Assembly: GCF_000142905.1 (NCBI RefSeq)
Contig: NW_013657650.1
Span: forward strand, 333,919 to 397,918
Direction: 5' to 3'
Origin: Thecamonas trahens ATCC 50062
Lineage: Eukaryota > Protista > Apusomonadida
Length of the DNA: 64,000 bases
Numbering within the stretch: the stretch's first letter is position 1; each line of letters starts with the position of its first letter. This document shows positions 12,201 to 23,276 of the stretch, in pieces. A model generated the notes under the pieces. The model was not told the DNA's origin and did not search any database. It saw nothing but the letters and a program-made list of their open reading frames with translations. The translations under genes were made by a program, and so were the position numbers.

Positions 12201-15200
12201 ACACAGTCGATGATTGTGCGGCTGGCGATGGAGCGGGCTGCGACGTTCCAGCAGCTGGCGACTGACCCGGAGGTCCCGCCTGTTGTGGCGATGGTGCTTG
12301 CGACAGATGCGCGGCTGGCGGCGCTGGACCTTTCGTATGCATCATGGCTGGCGCCGGGCGCGATCGACATGGAGCCGATTGTTGGGTTTGTGCAGGCGCA
12401 CAGCTCTGTGCAGTTCCTCCAGGGTGCAGCCGAGGTGTTGGCATCGCCGCCGACCTGGAATGGGTGCCAGAGCGGCGAAAGCAACGAGCGGGGCGAGGGC
12501 GAGGCAGAAGCCGACAATGGCGGAGCTGCAAGCGAAGGAGCTGAACATGGTGGCGCTGGGAGTGTGCGTCGGACCGAGGCTGGGAGTGGCGGTGAGGCTG
12601 CAAGCTCGAGCAACAGCGGCACTGACAGCGTGGCACTTGTGGGCGACTCGTGCATGGAGCTGAGCGGGATTGGGCTGGATTCTGCGGCCATTCCGCCGTC
12701 TGTGCTCGAGTGGAACGTGCCGATGCGGGTTCGTGTGTCCGGACCGACACCACGACGGCCGGAGGAGGCGTACCTTGAGCTGTACAAGGTGGTGTTTTCT
12801 GCCAACGTGTGGGGTGCACGTGAGCTAGCGATTGTGCTTGCGGCACATGAGCACGCGCAGTTTGTGCTCGGCACGTGCGTGTCGTCGACTGCGGCGACAG
12901 CCCTCTCGGACGCTGGCGTGGCTCCGATGGAGATTGACGAGTGCGTTGTTCTTGGGTTGGCAGCCATTGATTCCGTTCAGCACCGGCAGGTGGCTACGCG
13001 TGTGCTCCAGGAGGGCGGCGATGTGAAGGCTGTGATGGAGCGTGCCGGCTCGTACCTTGGAGCGTATGTGGAGCTTATGCGCAGCGCGCTGCCACCGAGT
13101 GTGGCACAGGACGCAGAGCTGGTCAAACGGCACGGTGAGAGGGTGGCTGTCAGCTCTAGCGGCATCCGGTCGGCCTCGACCGGGGCGGGCATGGCGCAGT
13201 TTGGCTCGCCGCTCTCTGTGGCGAGCCCTGTGTTCCGAGTCACGCTTGTCGACCGCGGTACCGAAGGCGCTGTGGGAGTGGGCGTGGCATCAGCCGACTA
13301 CAACGTCAAGGCGTACCCGGGATGGGAGCGCAACTCTGTGGCGTACCACATGGACGACGGCAAGCTGTTTGCCTACACGGGACCGGAGCGGAAGCTGACC
13401 AAGTTTACGCCGACGCGACGGGTTGGATCGGTTGTGTACTGCGGACTCGAGCTTGATGAGCAGGGTGAGTTCAGCGGAACGCTTCGGTGGGTCCTTCCGG
13501 ACGGGACGGAGATTAAGCACGCTGTCGGCAGTGGGTGGGAGCATCTGTACCCGACGGTCGCGGTGACGTCTGGCGAGGCTGTTGTGGCTGAGGCGCTGGA
13601 GCAATGGCCAAGTGCGGAGGAGCTTGCTGCGGAGCGGTCAGCGAGGATGCCGCGGTACGCGGCCGAGTCGATGTCGTTTGTCGGGCCCAACTCACGGGGG
13701 ATCCATGCTGTGGAGCTTGATGGCGCGAACGGCGGATTCACGCTCGTCTCCTTTGCGCCCGAGGTTAACGTTGAGGGCGGCGCGCTGGAGCTGTTCCAAA
13801 TGCAGGGGAAGGATCGGTCGACCGCGAGCGCGTCGCAGCGGCTCCTGCTGGAGGTCGAGGGTGCCGGCGGAGCGCCGTCGACGGCGTCGACTGACGTCAC
13901 GTGTGGTGACTTTATTGACGTTGTGCTGCCGTGTGCCGGATTTGAGTACAAGCTGCCTGTGGCGAAGACGCGCGGTGCGCCGCAGGGCTTTGCCTTTGAG
14001 GCACTGCTCTGCGAGTCGTCGGCGATGGACAGCGCGCATGTGACGCTCCCGACTGGCAAGGGCGCGCTGTGGCTGGCGGCGAGTGCGGTGGCGTGTGCCG
14101 AGGCGACCGGGACGACGTTTGCGGACGTGGCAAGCGTGGGTAAGGCAGTGGCCTTTGCGCGAGTTCTCTCGCAGGCGGCACGGCTTGCACCGGGCTCGCT
14201 TCAGCGTGAGCTGTACTTTGTGCTCGGCAGCGTGGTGACGCATGTCGGTGGCCTGCCTGTGGCCGGCCGGCACGGGAGCTGGCTGACCGAGCTGGCGGCG
14301 GAGCTTGAAGCGGATGGTCTCTCGAGCGGCCTGGGCTCGATGACCCCGAGCGCGATGTTGCAACGAAACCTGCAGGCCAAGGCCGAGCTCGCGCTTGCGC
14401 TCAAGACGCTTGCAGCCGAGGCGCCGACGGTTGCTGAGTACGAGACAGTCGGCGCGAGCAACGTGGCACGTGTCGTTGTGATCGATAACCAGGTGGCGTG
14501 TGAGCCCGCCGGCAGTGTTGTGCGTGGCGATGGGCTCGACGTGGTGTTTGAAGTTAGCTGCAGCGAGGCGTGGACAGTGTTCGGGGCCGAAGTCGAGGAG
14601 GGATCACGCGTTGTGGTTGTGGTCGCGTCTGGCAGTGGCCGGGTGACCGTGCACGAGGCGACTGGACTGGGCGAGGTGGCCAGTGGCGAGTGGCCAATCG
14701 AGTGCGAGAGTGCGTCTGGCTGTGTTGCGGTGCACGAGACTAGCGTCGAGAGTCTGCCGCGCAGCGTGAGCAGCGGATGGGTGGCGGCACGTGTGTGCGG
14801 CGGGCGGCGGGCGCTTGCGCTACAGGCGTTTGTAGGCGTGGAGCGCGTGGAGGCCGCGCTCGCGCGGCTGGACACGCTGCTCGAGCAGGCTCCGCTGCGG
14901 CTGCTTGAGCTTGTGAACCAGGTTGTGACGCTAATGCGTGCGCGGGTCTCGCGCGAGGTGACACGGACGGACATGGGCAACAGCGAGCTTGTGGCCAAGG
15001 CGCTGACCGGGCTGCCTGGCGATGCCGCGCTGGAGCTCGAGGATCTTCTGGGCAGCGCGGGCCACGCGGGACTGGAGGCGCTGTTTGAGATTGTGAGCGC
15101 GGCGAACGACGTGCTTGGGTCTGTGGTGCCTGTGGCAGACCTGTCGCGCAAGCGGCAGCTCTCGGGCAGTGCGGCGCGGGTTGTGGAGACGACCCGGCAG

Positions 15201-16495
15201 CTACGCGGGGTGCTGTTTGAGTCGACCAAGTCGCAGCTTCTCTCGGCGGCGCTGGCTGCGTCGCGTGAGACGGAGGAGGCGGGCAAGGTGACGATCAACC
15301 GTGGGCACTCGCTGAAGGCGCGCGAGGCGATCAAGCTCGGCAAGCCGGTTGACCCGATGAAGAGCGTGCTGGGGCAGCTTGTGCCGACGCTGCTCTCGAG
15401 CGCAGCGGCGCTTCGCACCAACGGGCGGGCGTGGGTGGTGTCGTTTGTGGGCGAGGGCTCACAGGACGGCGGCGGGCTGTACCGCGAGTCTATCGCGATG
15501 ATGTGTGAGGAGCTTGCAGCAGGCATGTTTGGGCTGCTTGTGCCGTCGCCCAATCAGGTGCACGGCGTGGGCTCTGGTCGCGAGAACTTTGTGGTTGCGC
15601 CCAAGTCGAAGCTGAGCGTGAGCGACATGGTGGTGTGCACCGCGCTGGGGCGGCTCATTGGGCTGGCGATCCGGTCGGATGAGAAGCTCGACCTCATGCT
15701 CCCGTCGCTGTTCTGGAAGCAACTGGCAGGCATCGAGCCGGACGCATCGGACGTGGATGCGATCGACACGGTTGTGGGGACGATGATTTCGTCAACGCAA
15801 CAGCTTGCGGAGACAGTGGACTCGACCGAGGCGTTTGTGAGCGTGTTTGACGAGCGGTTCGAGACAACGCTCTCCGACGGCCGCACTGTGGAGCTTGTGG
15901 AGGGTGGGAGCGAGGTGCAGCTGACACCGGAGCGTGTGCCGGAGTGGACCGAGCTTGTGCTTCAGGCACGGCTGGGCGAGTCTGTGCTGCCGACGGAGAT
16001 GATCCGTGCAGGCGTGGCGGCCGTTGTTCCGCTCAGCATGCTGGAGCTCTTCACGTGGCAGCAGGTGCGGGGTCTGGTGTGCGGAGCGTCTGTCATCGAC
16101 CTGGAAGTGCTCAAGGCGTCGACAGTGTACATCCAGCTGTCCGAGGCTGCGCCGCGAGTGGTGCACTTTTGGCGGGCGCTGGAGGACTTTACGCAGGAGG
16201 AGCTGCGGATGTTCCTCCGGTTTGTGTGCGGGCGGTCGCGAATTCCCGCAATGCCAAGAAGTTGCCGCAGTCGCTCAAGATCGAGGCGGCCAAGGGCGGG
16301 GCCGGTGCTAGCGATGAGAAGGACCGGGCGCGGCAACAGGATGCTGCGCTGCCGACGGCGCGGACATGCTTCTCGCTTTTGTTCCTGCCCGACTTTTCGT
16401 CTTGGGAGGTTGCGGCGTCGCGACTCCGTTATGCTATCCGCAACTGCGTGGCGCTCGACGGCGACTTTGTGACGCGCGACGATCTCGAGCTGTAG
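3211..16495 (+). CDS. Giant (~4,400 aa) HECT E3 ubiquitin ligase, HECTD4-like, with SPRY and EF-hand; two -1 frame breaks (~11055, ~16250)
   Basis: Joins ORFs 3058-11367, 11055-16472 and the tail of 15944-16495. Contains IACDGTYVY...GLHKLGSGEHGTL (HECTD4/MYCBP2-like), CUB-like KVPGAKALLIKF, EF-hand DMDHDGFVTADD, SPRY GWERNSVAYHMDDGKLF, and HECT FVGEGSQDGGGLYRESI...FLRFVCGRSR...LPTARTCF...RLRYAI. Start is uncertain (ATG 3106 or 3211). Confidence 0.9.
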
Positions 16496-16514
16496 TCGCC
16501 GTAGTCTGGGTTGT

Positions 16515-18369
16515 TTACGGCTTGGGCTTGTACGTCCACCAGAAGTTGATGGCGATGGACTGCGAGTCGCGGCCGGCAAGCGATGAGACGTGATGGAACC
16601 AGGAAGAAGGGAGGTAGAGGACATGGCCTGGTGCGAGGTAAAGTCGACCGGCTGGAGGTTTGCGGCGCGCGGGAAGCGGTTGGTGTCAACGTCGTACGGG
16701 TTGCGGACGGCAGCAAAGTGCGGGAAGAGCGGCTCCGCGCGGGTGTTGGGGCGGGAGTAGCGGATCTTGCCGGAGGTCCGGTCAAAGGCAGCCATGTTGC
16801 CGAGGGGGTAGAGATCGAGGGCGGCTGTGGGGGGAAGACGCGGAACGCCTTTTGGCCGCGAAGGAGAATGTACATGTTGTCGCGCTCGTCGTTGTGGAGC
16901 GACGAGTTGAAGACAACCGACGGCGAGGTGGCGTAAGCGGCCCAGACGTTGACCGAGGCGACGTCTGCACCGAGGGCATCGGCAAGGAGCGGCGGGACGG
17001 GAAAGTCGGCCTCAAAGGGCGCAAGAAGCGGCGAGTACTTGCCGTGACCGGTCTGTTGGACATTGAGGTAGAAGAAGAGCTCGTCGAGGCGGCCGGACGA
17101 GTCGGTGAGCATGTCGAGGTAGGCAGACATGGGCATGGCAGCCATGATGGAAGCGAGACCAGAGATGGGCTCGTTGAGCGCCGAGGTCTGGACAGTGACG
17201 GTGGTGTTGCCGAGGGCGGCGGCCATGGCGTGGGTGTCTAGCTCGGTTGCAGTGGCCGAGTTCCAGCCGAGCGGCGCAAAGTCAGGCGAGCCGTCGGACA
17301 CGGTGGGAAGGGCCAAGATGGCCGGCTTGCGGGTGGCGACATGGTTGGCCACAAAGGCGTCCATGTCGGCGCGGGTGGTGGGGAACGGCAGTGTTGGCGG
17401 CGTCCAGCCGGGTGGCGGGACAAAGCCAGTGTAGGCGGCGAGGTCGGCAGCGTCGACGGCGTGCGGCCGCTGCGAGAAGCGCGGGAGGCCGAGTGAGCCG
17501 ACGGCGTCCGGGTGGCGCTCGGCAATGATGCCAAGGAGCGCGTGGGCGTAGGCGTGGTGGGCATCGACGGCAAGGAGCTCGTGGAGGGCGTCGACAGCGT
17601 CGTCGGGCTGGTGGAGGGCAAGCGAGACGATGGCCTCGGACCACTTGGCCATGAGGATGTCAGGTGAGGCCTCAAAGACAGCGCGAAAGCCTTCGAGCGC
17701 CTGCTCAAAGTCACCCAGGGCCATGAGGGTGGCAGCGAGATCGTAGCGGGCGACCGGGTCGTCTGCGTCGTGACCAGCGTCAGGCTCGGCCTCTGCGCGA
17801 CCGCCGAGCAGGTCGAGGTAGCGAGAGAGGGCAAAGACCTTGTCGGGTGATGGCGTCGAGGCGTAGGCGTACATGCGATAGGCATCGATGTGGAAGGGAT
17901 CGTTAACAAGAATGGCTTGAGCCAGATCGCGAGCCTCGAGTGCATGGCCAGAGCGAAGGGCAATGTCACCCAGAGCATAGAGCGAGGGCACGTGAGCATT
18001 AGCCTTTGCCACGATGGCCTCAAAGCCCTTCTTTGCCTTTCCCAGCAGCCATCGTTCGCCGCGATGGGCCCGAATGAGCAAGGCCTCTGCGGCAGCAAAC
18101 TCAGCCTCGATAGCGGCCATGTCTTCCTCCGACAGCTCATCACGGTTATCGACACCAGCATCATCAGTCATGTACCTGCCACTGTCCATAACATCCAGCT
18201 CGTCAAGTGTGTCACCGCTGTCGGAGGCCTGGTCAGTAGCCTGGTCAGTAGCAGCTGCTGGCAGAGTGCCCGTGGCGGAGACGGCGAGGGCGAGGGCAAG
18301 GGCGAGGACGAGGGTGAATGCAAGGGCGAGGGCGGGGGCGAAAGGACGGGTGCTGTGTCCTCGGTTCAT
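16515..18369 (-). CDS. Signal peptide + TPR repeats + JmjC/cupin-8 2-oxoglutarate oxygenase; two -1 frame breaks (~16830, ~16637)
   Basis: Hydrophobic leader ALALAFTLVLALALALAVSA, TPR-like helices, SSLHNDERDNMYILLRGQKAFRVFPP. Repairing two missing bases gives ...TAALDLYPLG...HFAAV...FTLAPGHVLYLPSSWFHHVSS...SIAINFWW, the canonical JmjC end, with stop at 16515-16517. Confidence 0.88.
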
Positions 18370-18624
18370 GGCGGGTGTATGTATGTATGTGTATGTATGT
18401 GGGTGGATGGGTGTGGATGGGTGTGGATGGGTGTGCGGGTTGGTCGAGGTGCTGTCGCTGACCTCGTCGCTGGTTGCGTGTCGCAGTGGCTCTCGGCTCG
18501 GTCGCTGCGCGCATGTGACGTCTGAGGCCGGTTCCATCGGTTTTTGTGGGAGGTGGGGAGATGGGGGGTTTTTTGGGGGTATATTATCGGGGAGCGGGTC
18601 GGGGCGGGGGCGTTCAGGTGTTTA

Positions 18625-21609
18625 TCACAGAGTTGGGAGATGGGTGGGCATCTCGATGGCATCGCCGAGCTCATGGAGCTCGGTACCCTCGTTGTGCAGC
18701 TGGTCCCAGACTTGGCGGTTGGAAGAGACGCCGTCGACAAGGGGGGCGAGCTCTGGAACAAGATCGGCGAGGGCGGTGTAGGTGGGCGCAGCGACGTAGT
18801 CGATAAAGCCGAGCTCGAGCTCGGGGATGTTGGCGACTTCGCGGTCCATCATGGGGATGGGAGTGATGCCGGTGGCCTTCTCCTCGTCACCCTGGGCAAA
18901 AAACTCTTCAAAGATGGACATGGTGACCGGGTGCTGGATGTCCCACGGCTTGGTCGACGCCGACAAATCACAGGCCGAGATGATGAGCGCCGAGAGCATC
19001 TTACGGTGATGATCGTTGTGCACATTGTAGCAGCCCGAGTCGGAGCCGAGAAGCTCGAGCTTAAAGGCGGCGAGGTTGGGAAAGTGGCGCTCGAGATCGG
19101 TGGCCAAGATGACGTGCTTCATGTGCGAGAGGACCTGGGAGTACGTCGCCGAGTCGAGCGAGGAGAAGATGTTGGTCGACTCGTGGCGGAGGAGGAGCAT
19201 GGTGTGGGAAAAGTGATGGCGCTCCATGACGGACGAGCCGTAGAGCTTGGCGAGCGGCGACGACTGCGCCTTGTTGAACGCGTTGTTCTTGCCGCGATGG
19301 TCGATGTCGTGGCAGAGGGTGGCCACCAGCATGGAAAGCACCTCATGCGGGAGGAGGAAGCGCGCAATGGGCATCGTCCGCGCCATGACGTAAAAGGTGT
19401 GCGCGACTGAGAGGGCGTGCCACCAGTTGTGGTACGGCACTTCGTCGCGGTAGTTGCGGCAGACGGTGATGACAAAACGGCAGAGGACCTCGTACGGTAT
19501 GTCAAACTGAGCAGGCAGGTCGAGGTCGAGGAACATGCGGACGACAAGCCGGAACGAGGCCTGCACCGCTTCGGACGCCCGAGCGCCGACGTGGGCCATG
19601 GCCGACGCCTGTCGCGCGCCGGACGCCGCGGGGTCCAGCCCATCAAGAGCGAGTAGCCGCCGCGGCGACCACTCAAAGCTATCCATGCCTGCAAAGAGCT
19701 GCGAGTTGGCATCCTCGATGGTCGCCGCCACAAGACGCGCCACCTCGTCCTCATTGGCGGTCAGATGGTACGAGATGAGCTCGAGCGCAACCTTGTGACG
19801 CTGCTCCGACTGCTCGACACGCTCCATCATGGTCGCGTTGTGGAGCGCAATGCCACAGAACATGGCAAAGCCGGCGAGCAGATGCTCGTCAGACGCCGAG
19901 AACGGGACCGGGCCGCCGGCGCTGGAGCGCGGGCACTTGTTGACCAGCTGCGCCACACCCAAGAGCTTACCTTCCTGGTCGAGGATGGGCGCGCAGAGAA
20001 TGGATCGGGTCCGGTACCCGGTCCGCTTGTCAACCTCGGGGTTAAACCGCGGGTCGGCGTACGCGTCCGGGATGTTGACGAGCTTGCCGGTCGACGCCAC
20101 TGCACCGGCGATGCCGGCCGTGATCGGGAACCGGATCTCGGCGCCGTCGCGGACAAGCCCCGCCGACGTGGTCGACGCTCCGCCGCCGAGCGCCGGCGAG
20201 GCAGAGCTGTCGGCGCCATTGGGCGAGCCAAGCGTCTCAAAGACCTTGGCGTAGAGCTCCTCGTCGTCTTTGAGAAAGACGGAGCAGCCGTCGGCGCGGA
20301 GGAGTCGGCGAGCGTTGGTGATGATCTTGGCGATGAGCTCGTCGGGCCGGAGCTCGGAGAAAATGTGCTGGATGACATCAAGGAGCGCGGTTGCGTTCTC
20401 TTCTGACTCTTGCACCTTTTCCATGAGCAAAGCCGTCTGCGTCGCTGACCGCCAAGAGACCGAGACCCGCCGCTTCTTCTCGGACATTTCCTTGGCAATG
20501 ATGCGCTCAAAGATGGGACCGATGTGGCTGGCGAGGAGCGAGATGTCGGCGATCTCGAGCTGTGAGAACGGGGTCCGCTCGTGAACATGGACCATGTAGA
20601 TGACGCCGACTAGCCGCGAGACCGGCGGCGCGCCCGAGGTTGACGGCACGTGCTCAAAGACTGGCACAAACATCATGGCCCGCGGCGACGCCTCGGTCGG
20701 CAGCGGATCATGGAGACCGTAAAAATCCGAGTTAGCGTCAAAGGCAGGGTGAGCCATCGGTTGATCAACCACCACCGGCTGACGGGTCCGCATGACCTCG
20801 CCGACGATGCCGGCGTCAAGCTGCCACTTGGTTGGGCGAAAGGCGGTCTTGACCGGAACAAGCCCGCGCCGCGGGCGCGAGTAGTAGAACGCCGCCACAG
20901 CGCTGGCGCGGCAAAGTGAACGGACTGCGCCGGCGAGCTTGGCGTGGAGCTCGAGGCAGGTCACCGACGTGTCGATGGTCGACACTGCCGAGAGGTGGGT
21001 GACCTCGGCCACAAGCTGCGGCTGTGACGCCAGCCACTGCTTGACCTCAACAACAGACAGGCCAGCCTCCGAGTCTCGAGGAACCGGCAGTGCCCTCATG
21101 GAGCCATCGTCTGAGTGGATCACATCCGAGTACAGATCATCGTCTCCGCCCGAGTGCGAGGAGGCAAACGATCGTTCATCATCACTGTCATCGTCCTCGC
21201 CATCCGAGGGCGGAATGATATCGACGAGAGGCTCGGACTTTTGCATGGGCTTGGACTCGGGCACGGACTCGGGCTCGGGCTTGGGCTTGGACTCGGGCTT
21301 GGGCTTGGGCTTGGGCTTGGGCTCGGGCTTGTAGTTAGAAGTGATGGCAGAAGTCGGTGATGATGGCGATCGAGATGGGTTAACGATTTGGTCATGGGCA
21401 TGGCCCTGGTCTTGGGCATGGGCATGGTTATGGTCGTGGTCGTGGTCATGGTCCTCGGGAGATGAGGCCATGAGGAGGACAAGGAAGGCAGCGGCAAGGA
21501 GGGCGGCCGAGTGGGCGAGACTGGCGGTGGACGAAGAGAGCAGAGGCGCCAGGGCAAGGCCCGTGAGAACGGCCGAGAACGAGGTGAGGAACTGGGACAG
21601 AACAGCCAT
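18625..21609 (-). CDS. Class I cyclic nucleotide phosphodiesterase with two GAF domains and N-terminal hydrophobic segments
   Basis: PYHNWWHA, LCHDIDHRGKNNAF, SVMERHH, ILATDL, SACDLS, EEFFAQGDEEK; GAF motif NIPDAYADPRFNPEVDKRTGYRTRSILCAPI...QLVNK. Start taken as MAVLSQF (21609), just downstream of the N gap. Confidence 0.95.
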   Translation of the reverse strand: MAVLSQFLTSFSAVLTGLALAPLLSSSTASLAHSAALLAAAFLVLLMASSPEDHDHDHDHNHAHAQDQGHAHDQIVNPSRSPSSPTSAITSNYKPEPKPKPKPKPESKPKPEPESVPESKPMQKSEPLVDIIPPSDGEDDDSDDERSFASSHSGGDDDLYSDVIHSDDGSMRALPVPRDSEAGLSVVEVKQWLASQPQLVAEVTHLSAVSTIDTSVTCLELHAKLAGAVRSLCRASAVAAFYYSRPRRGLVPVKTAFRPTKWQLDAGIVGEVMRTRQPVVVDQPMAHPAFDANSDFYGLHDPLPTEASPRAMMFVPVFEHVPSTSGAPPVSRLVGVIYMVHVHERTPFSQLEIADISLLASHIGPIFERIIAKEMSEKKRRVSVSWRSATQTALLMEKVQESEENATALLDVIQHIFSELRPDELIAKIITNARRLLRADGCSVFLKDDEELYAKVFETLGSPNGADSSASPALGGGASTTSAGLVRDGAEIRFPITAGIAGAVASTGKLVNIPDAYADPRFNPEVDKRTGYRTRSILCAPILDQEGKLLGVAQLVNKCPRSSAGGPVPFSASDEHLLAGFAMFCGIALHNATMMERVEQSEQRHKVALELISYHLTANEDEVARLVAATIEDANSQLFAGMDSFEWSPRRLLALDGLDPAASGARQASAMAHVGARASEAVQASFRLVVRMFLDLDLPAQFDIPYEVLCRFVITVCRNYRDEVPYHNWWHALSVAHTFYVMARTMPIARFLLPHEVLSMLVATLCHDIDHRGKNNAFNKAQSSPLAKLYGSSVMERHHFSHTMLLLRHESTNIFSSLDSATYSQVLSHMKHVILATDLERHFPNLAAFKLELLGSDSGCYNVHNDHHRKMLSALIISACDLSASTKPWDIQHPVTMSIFEEFFAQGDEEKATGITPIPMMDREVANIPELELGFIDYVAAPTYTALADLVPELAPLVDGVSSNRQVWDQLHNEGTELHELGDAIEMPTHLPTL

Positions 21610-21722
21610 GACGGGGGGCTGGTGGCGAAGGAGTTGGTGGTGTGGGTGGGCGGGGGGGGGGGGGGGGTGGTGGTGGCGGGGTGAGGTGGCCGGTGGTGGT
21701 GGCGCTGTTGCGGAGCACGAGC

Positions 21723-22040
21723 NNNNNNNNNNNNNNNNNNNNNNNNNNNNNNNNNNNNNNNNNNNNNNNNNNNNNNNNNNNNNNNNNNNNNNNNNNNNNN
21801 NNNNNNNNNNNNNNNNNNNNNNNNNNNNNNNNNNNNNNNNNNNNNNNNNNNNNNNNNNNNNNNNNNNNNNNNNNNNNNNNNNNNNNNNNNNNNNNNNNNN
21901 NNNNNNNNNNNNNNNNNNNNNNNNNNNNNNNNNNNNNNNNNNNNNNNNNNNNNNNNNNNNNNNNNNNNNNNNNNNNNNNNNNNNNNNNNNNNNNNNNNNN
22001 NNNNNNNNNNNNNNNNNNNNNNNNNNNNNNNNNNNNNNNN
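21723..22040. other. Assembly gap (N run)
   Basis: Run of N. Confidence 1.
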
Positions 22041-22206
22041 TGAGGGGGGGGGCATCGGGGGCTGATTGCGCTGGTTTGAATGTGTGGAAGTAAAAGTCAG
22101 CACGTGAGGGGAGGTGGGAAGATGTGTAGGCGTCGAGGCGAGTCATGGGTGAGGATACAGAGCAAGATGATGGGTGGAGTGTGAAAGTGTGAGAGCAAGA
22201 GGCGCA

Positions 22207-23099
22207 CTAGGCGGCGATCTGGTACCAGACGCGGACAACCTGGAAGGTCTTGATGAGGTAGCCGGCAGACTGCGATGGGTAGATGAGGATGGAGCCAGCT
22301 GTGGCAATGTCGCGGAGGACGTTGATCGAGTCGGCGGCAGGCGGCAAATAGTTTTCCGGGAGGAGAATAGTCTGGATGGAGACAAACTGCAAGAGACCGA
22401 CGTTAGAGGCAAGCCACGCGTTGGCACGGGCAAGCGTAGCATCAAGACCCTCGAATTCACCAGCGCGATCGCCGGCCTGAGGATAAAAGTCCTTGTAAGC
22501 CAGCCGCGAGAAAAGCCGGGCATGGCAACACCAGGAGAGGCCCCAGCAGCGTCTGCGGTAGCAGCCGCAGCCACATCGGTGTCGGCAACGGCGCGAGCAT
22601 CGGGATCGGGATCAGCGTCGGCATTGGCATCGACATCATCATCGTCTTCGGACAACTCGTGCTCCGAACTTGCGGCGGCCTCGGCGGCGGGCTTGTGGTC
22701 GAAGACTGGCTGGCGGTCTTCCAGTGGACGCAGCAGATCATTCACAGCTTCACTCTCGAGCAGCTCGGGCGCGACAGACTCGTCGGCCTGGGCAAGCGCA
22801 ACCAGCTGCAGAGCGCGGCGAAGGCGAGAGGCATCAAAGTCGCGGCCCATGGGCCGGCCTTCACATGATGCGCGCCAGATGGCAGCAAGCACAGCCCTGG
22901 GAAGACCCGATGTGGCAAAGAGCGCAGCAGCCATGGCTCCAGCATCCGCCGCTTCCAGTACGGCCACATGTGGTCCGAGGTCGTCCATAGACTGCATCGT
23001 CTGCATCGACGGCGCCTCGCCGCCGGCATCGTTGTCACCTGTCGGTGTCGCCGGCGCGGTGACTGTGCCCTCAGACTCGGTGTCAGTCGTGGTCACCAT
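22207..23099 (-). CDS. EH-like domain + acidic linker + uncharacterised C-terminal domain; one -1 frame break (~22510)
   Basis: AAALFATSGLPRAVLAAIWRAS...ALQLVALAQ resembles an Eps15-homology domain. After a one-base repair the frame reads AYKDFYPQ...FEGLDATLARANAWL...IQTILLP...FQVVRVWY to the stop at 22207. Confidence 0.65.
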
Positions 23100-23276
23100 G
23101 GTCACGGGTTGTACGCAGAGGCAGAGGGATGTGGCGTGTGGTGGTCGGTAGCACGTGAGCTCGGAACCGGTCGCCGTGCTCACCAGCATGTGACAGACGA
23201 CATTGAGTGAGGGGCTGGGAGAGGTGGGGGGTGGGGGGTGGGAGAGCGTAAAAATATTTTCGGAGCTGGGCCTTGC

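Noticed and set aside
21610-22146. N-terminal extension of the PDE ORF to 1173 aa
   Set aside because: The ORF only runs through Ns and poly-C sequence; the 3' end of another gene lies on the far side.
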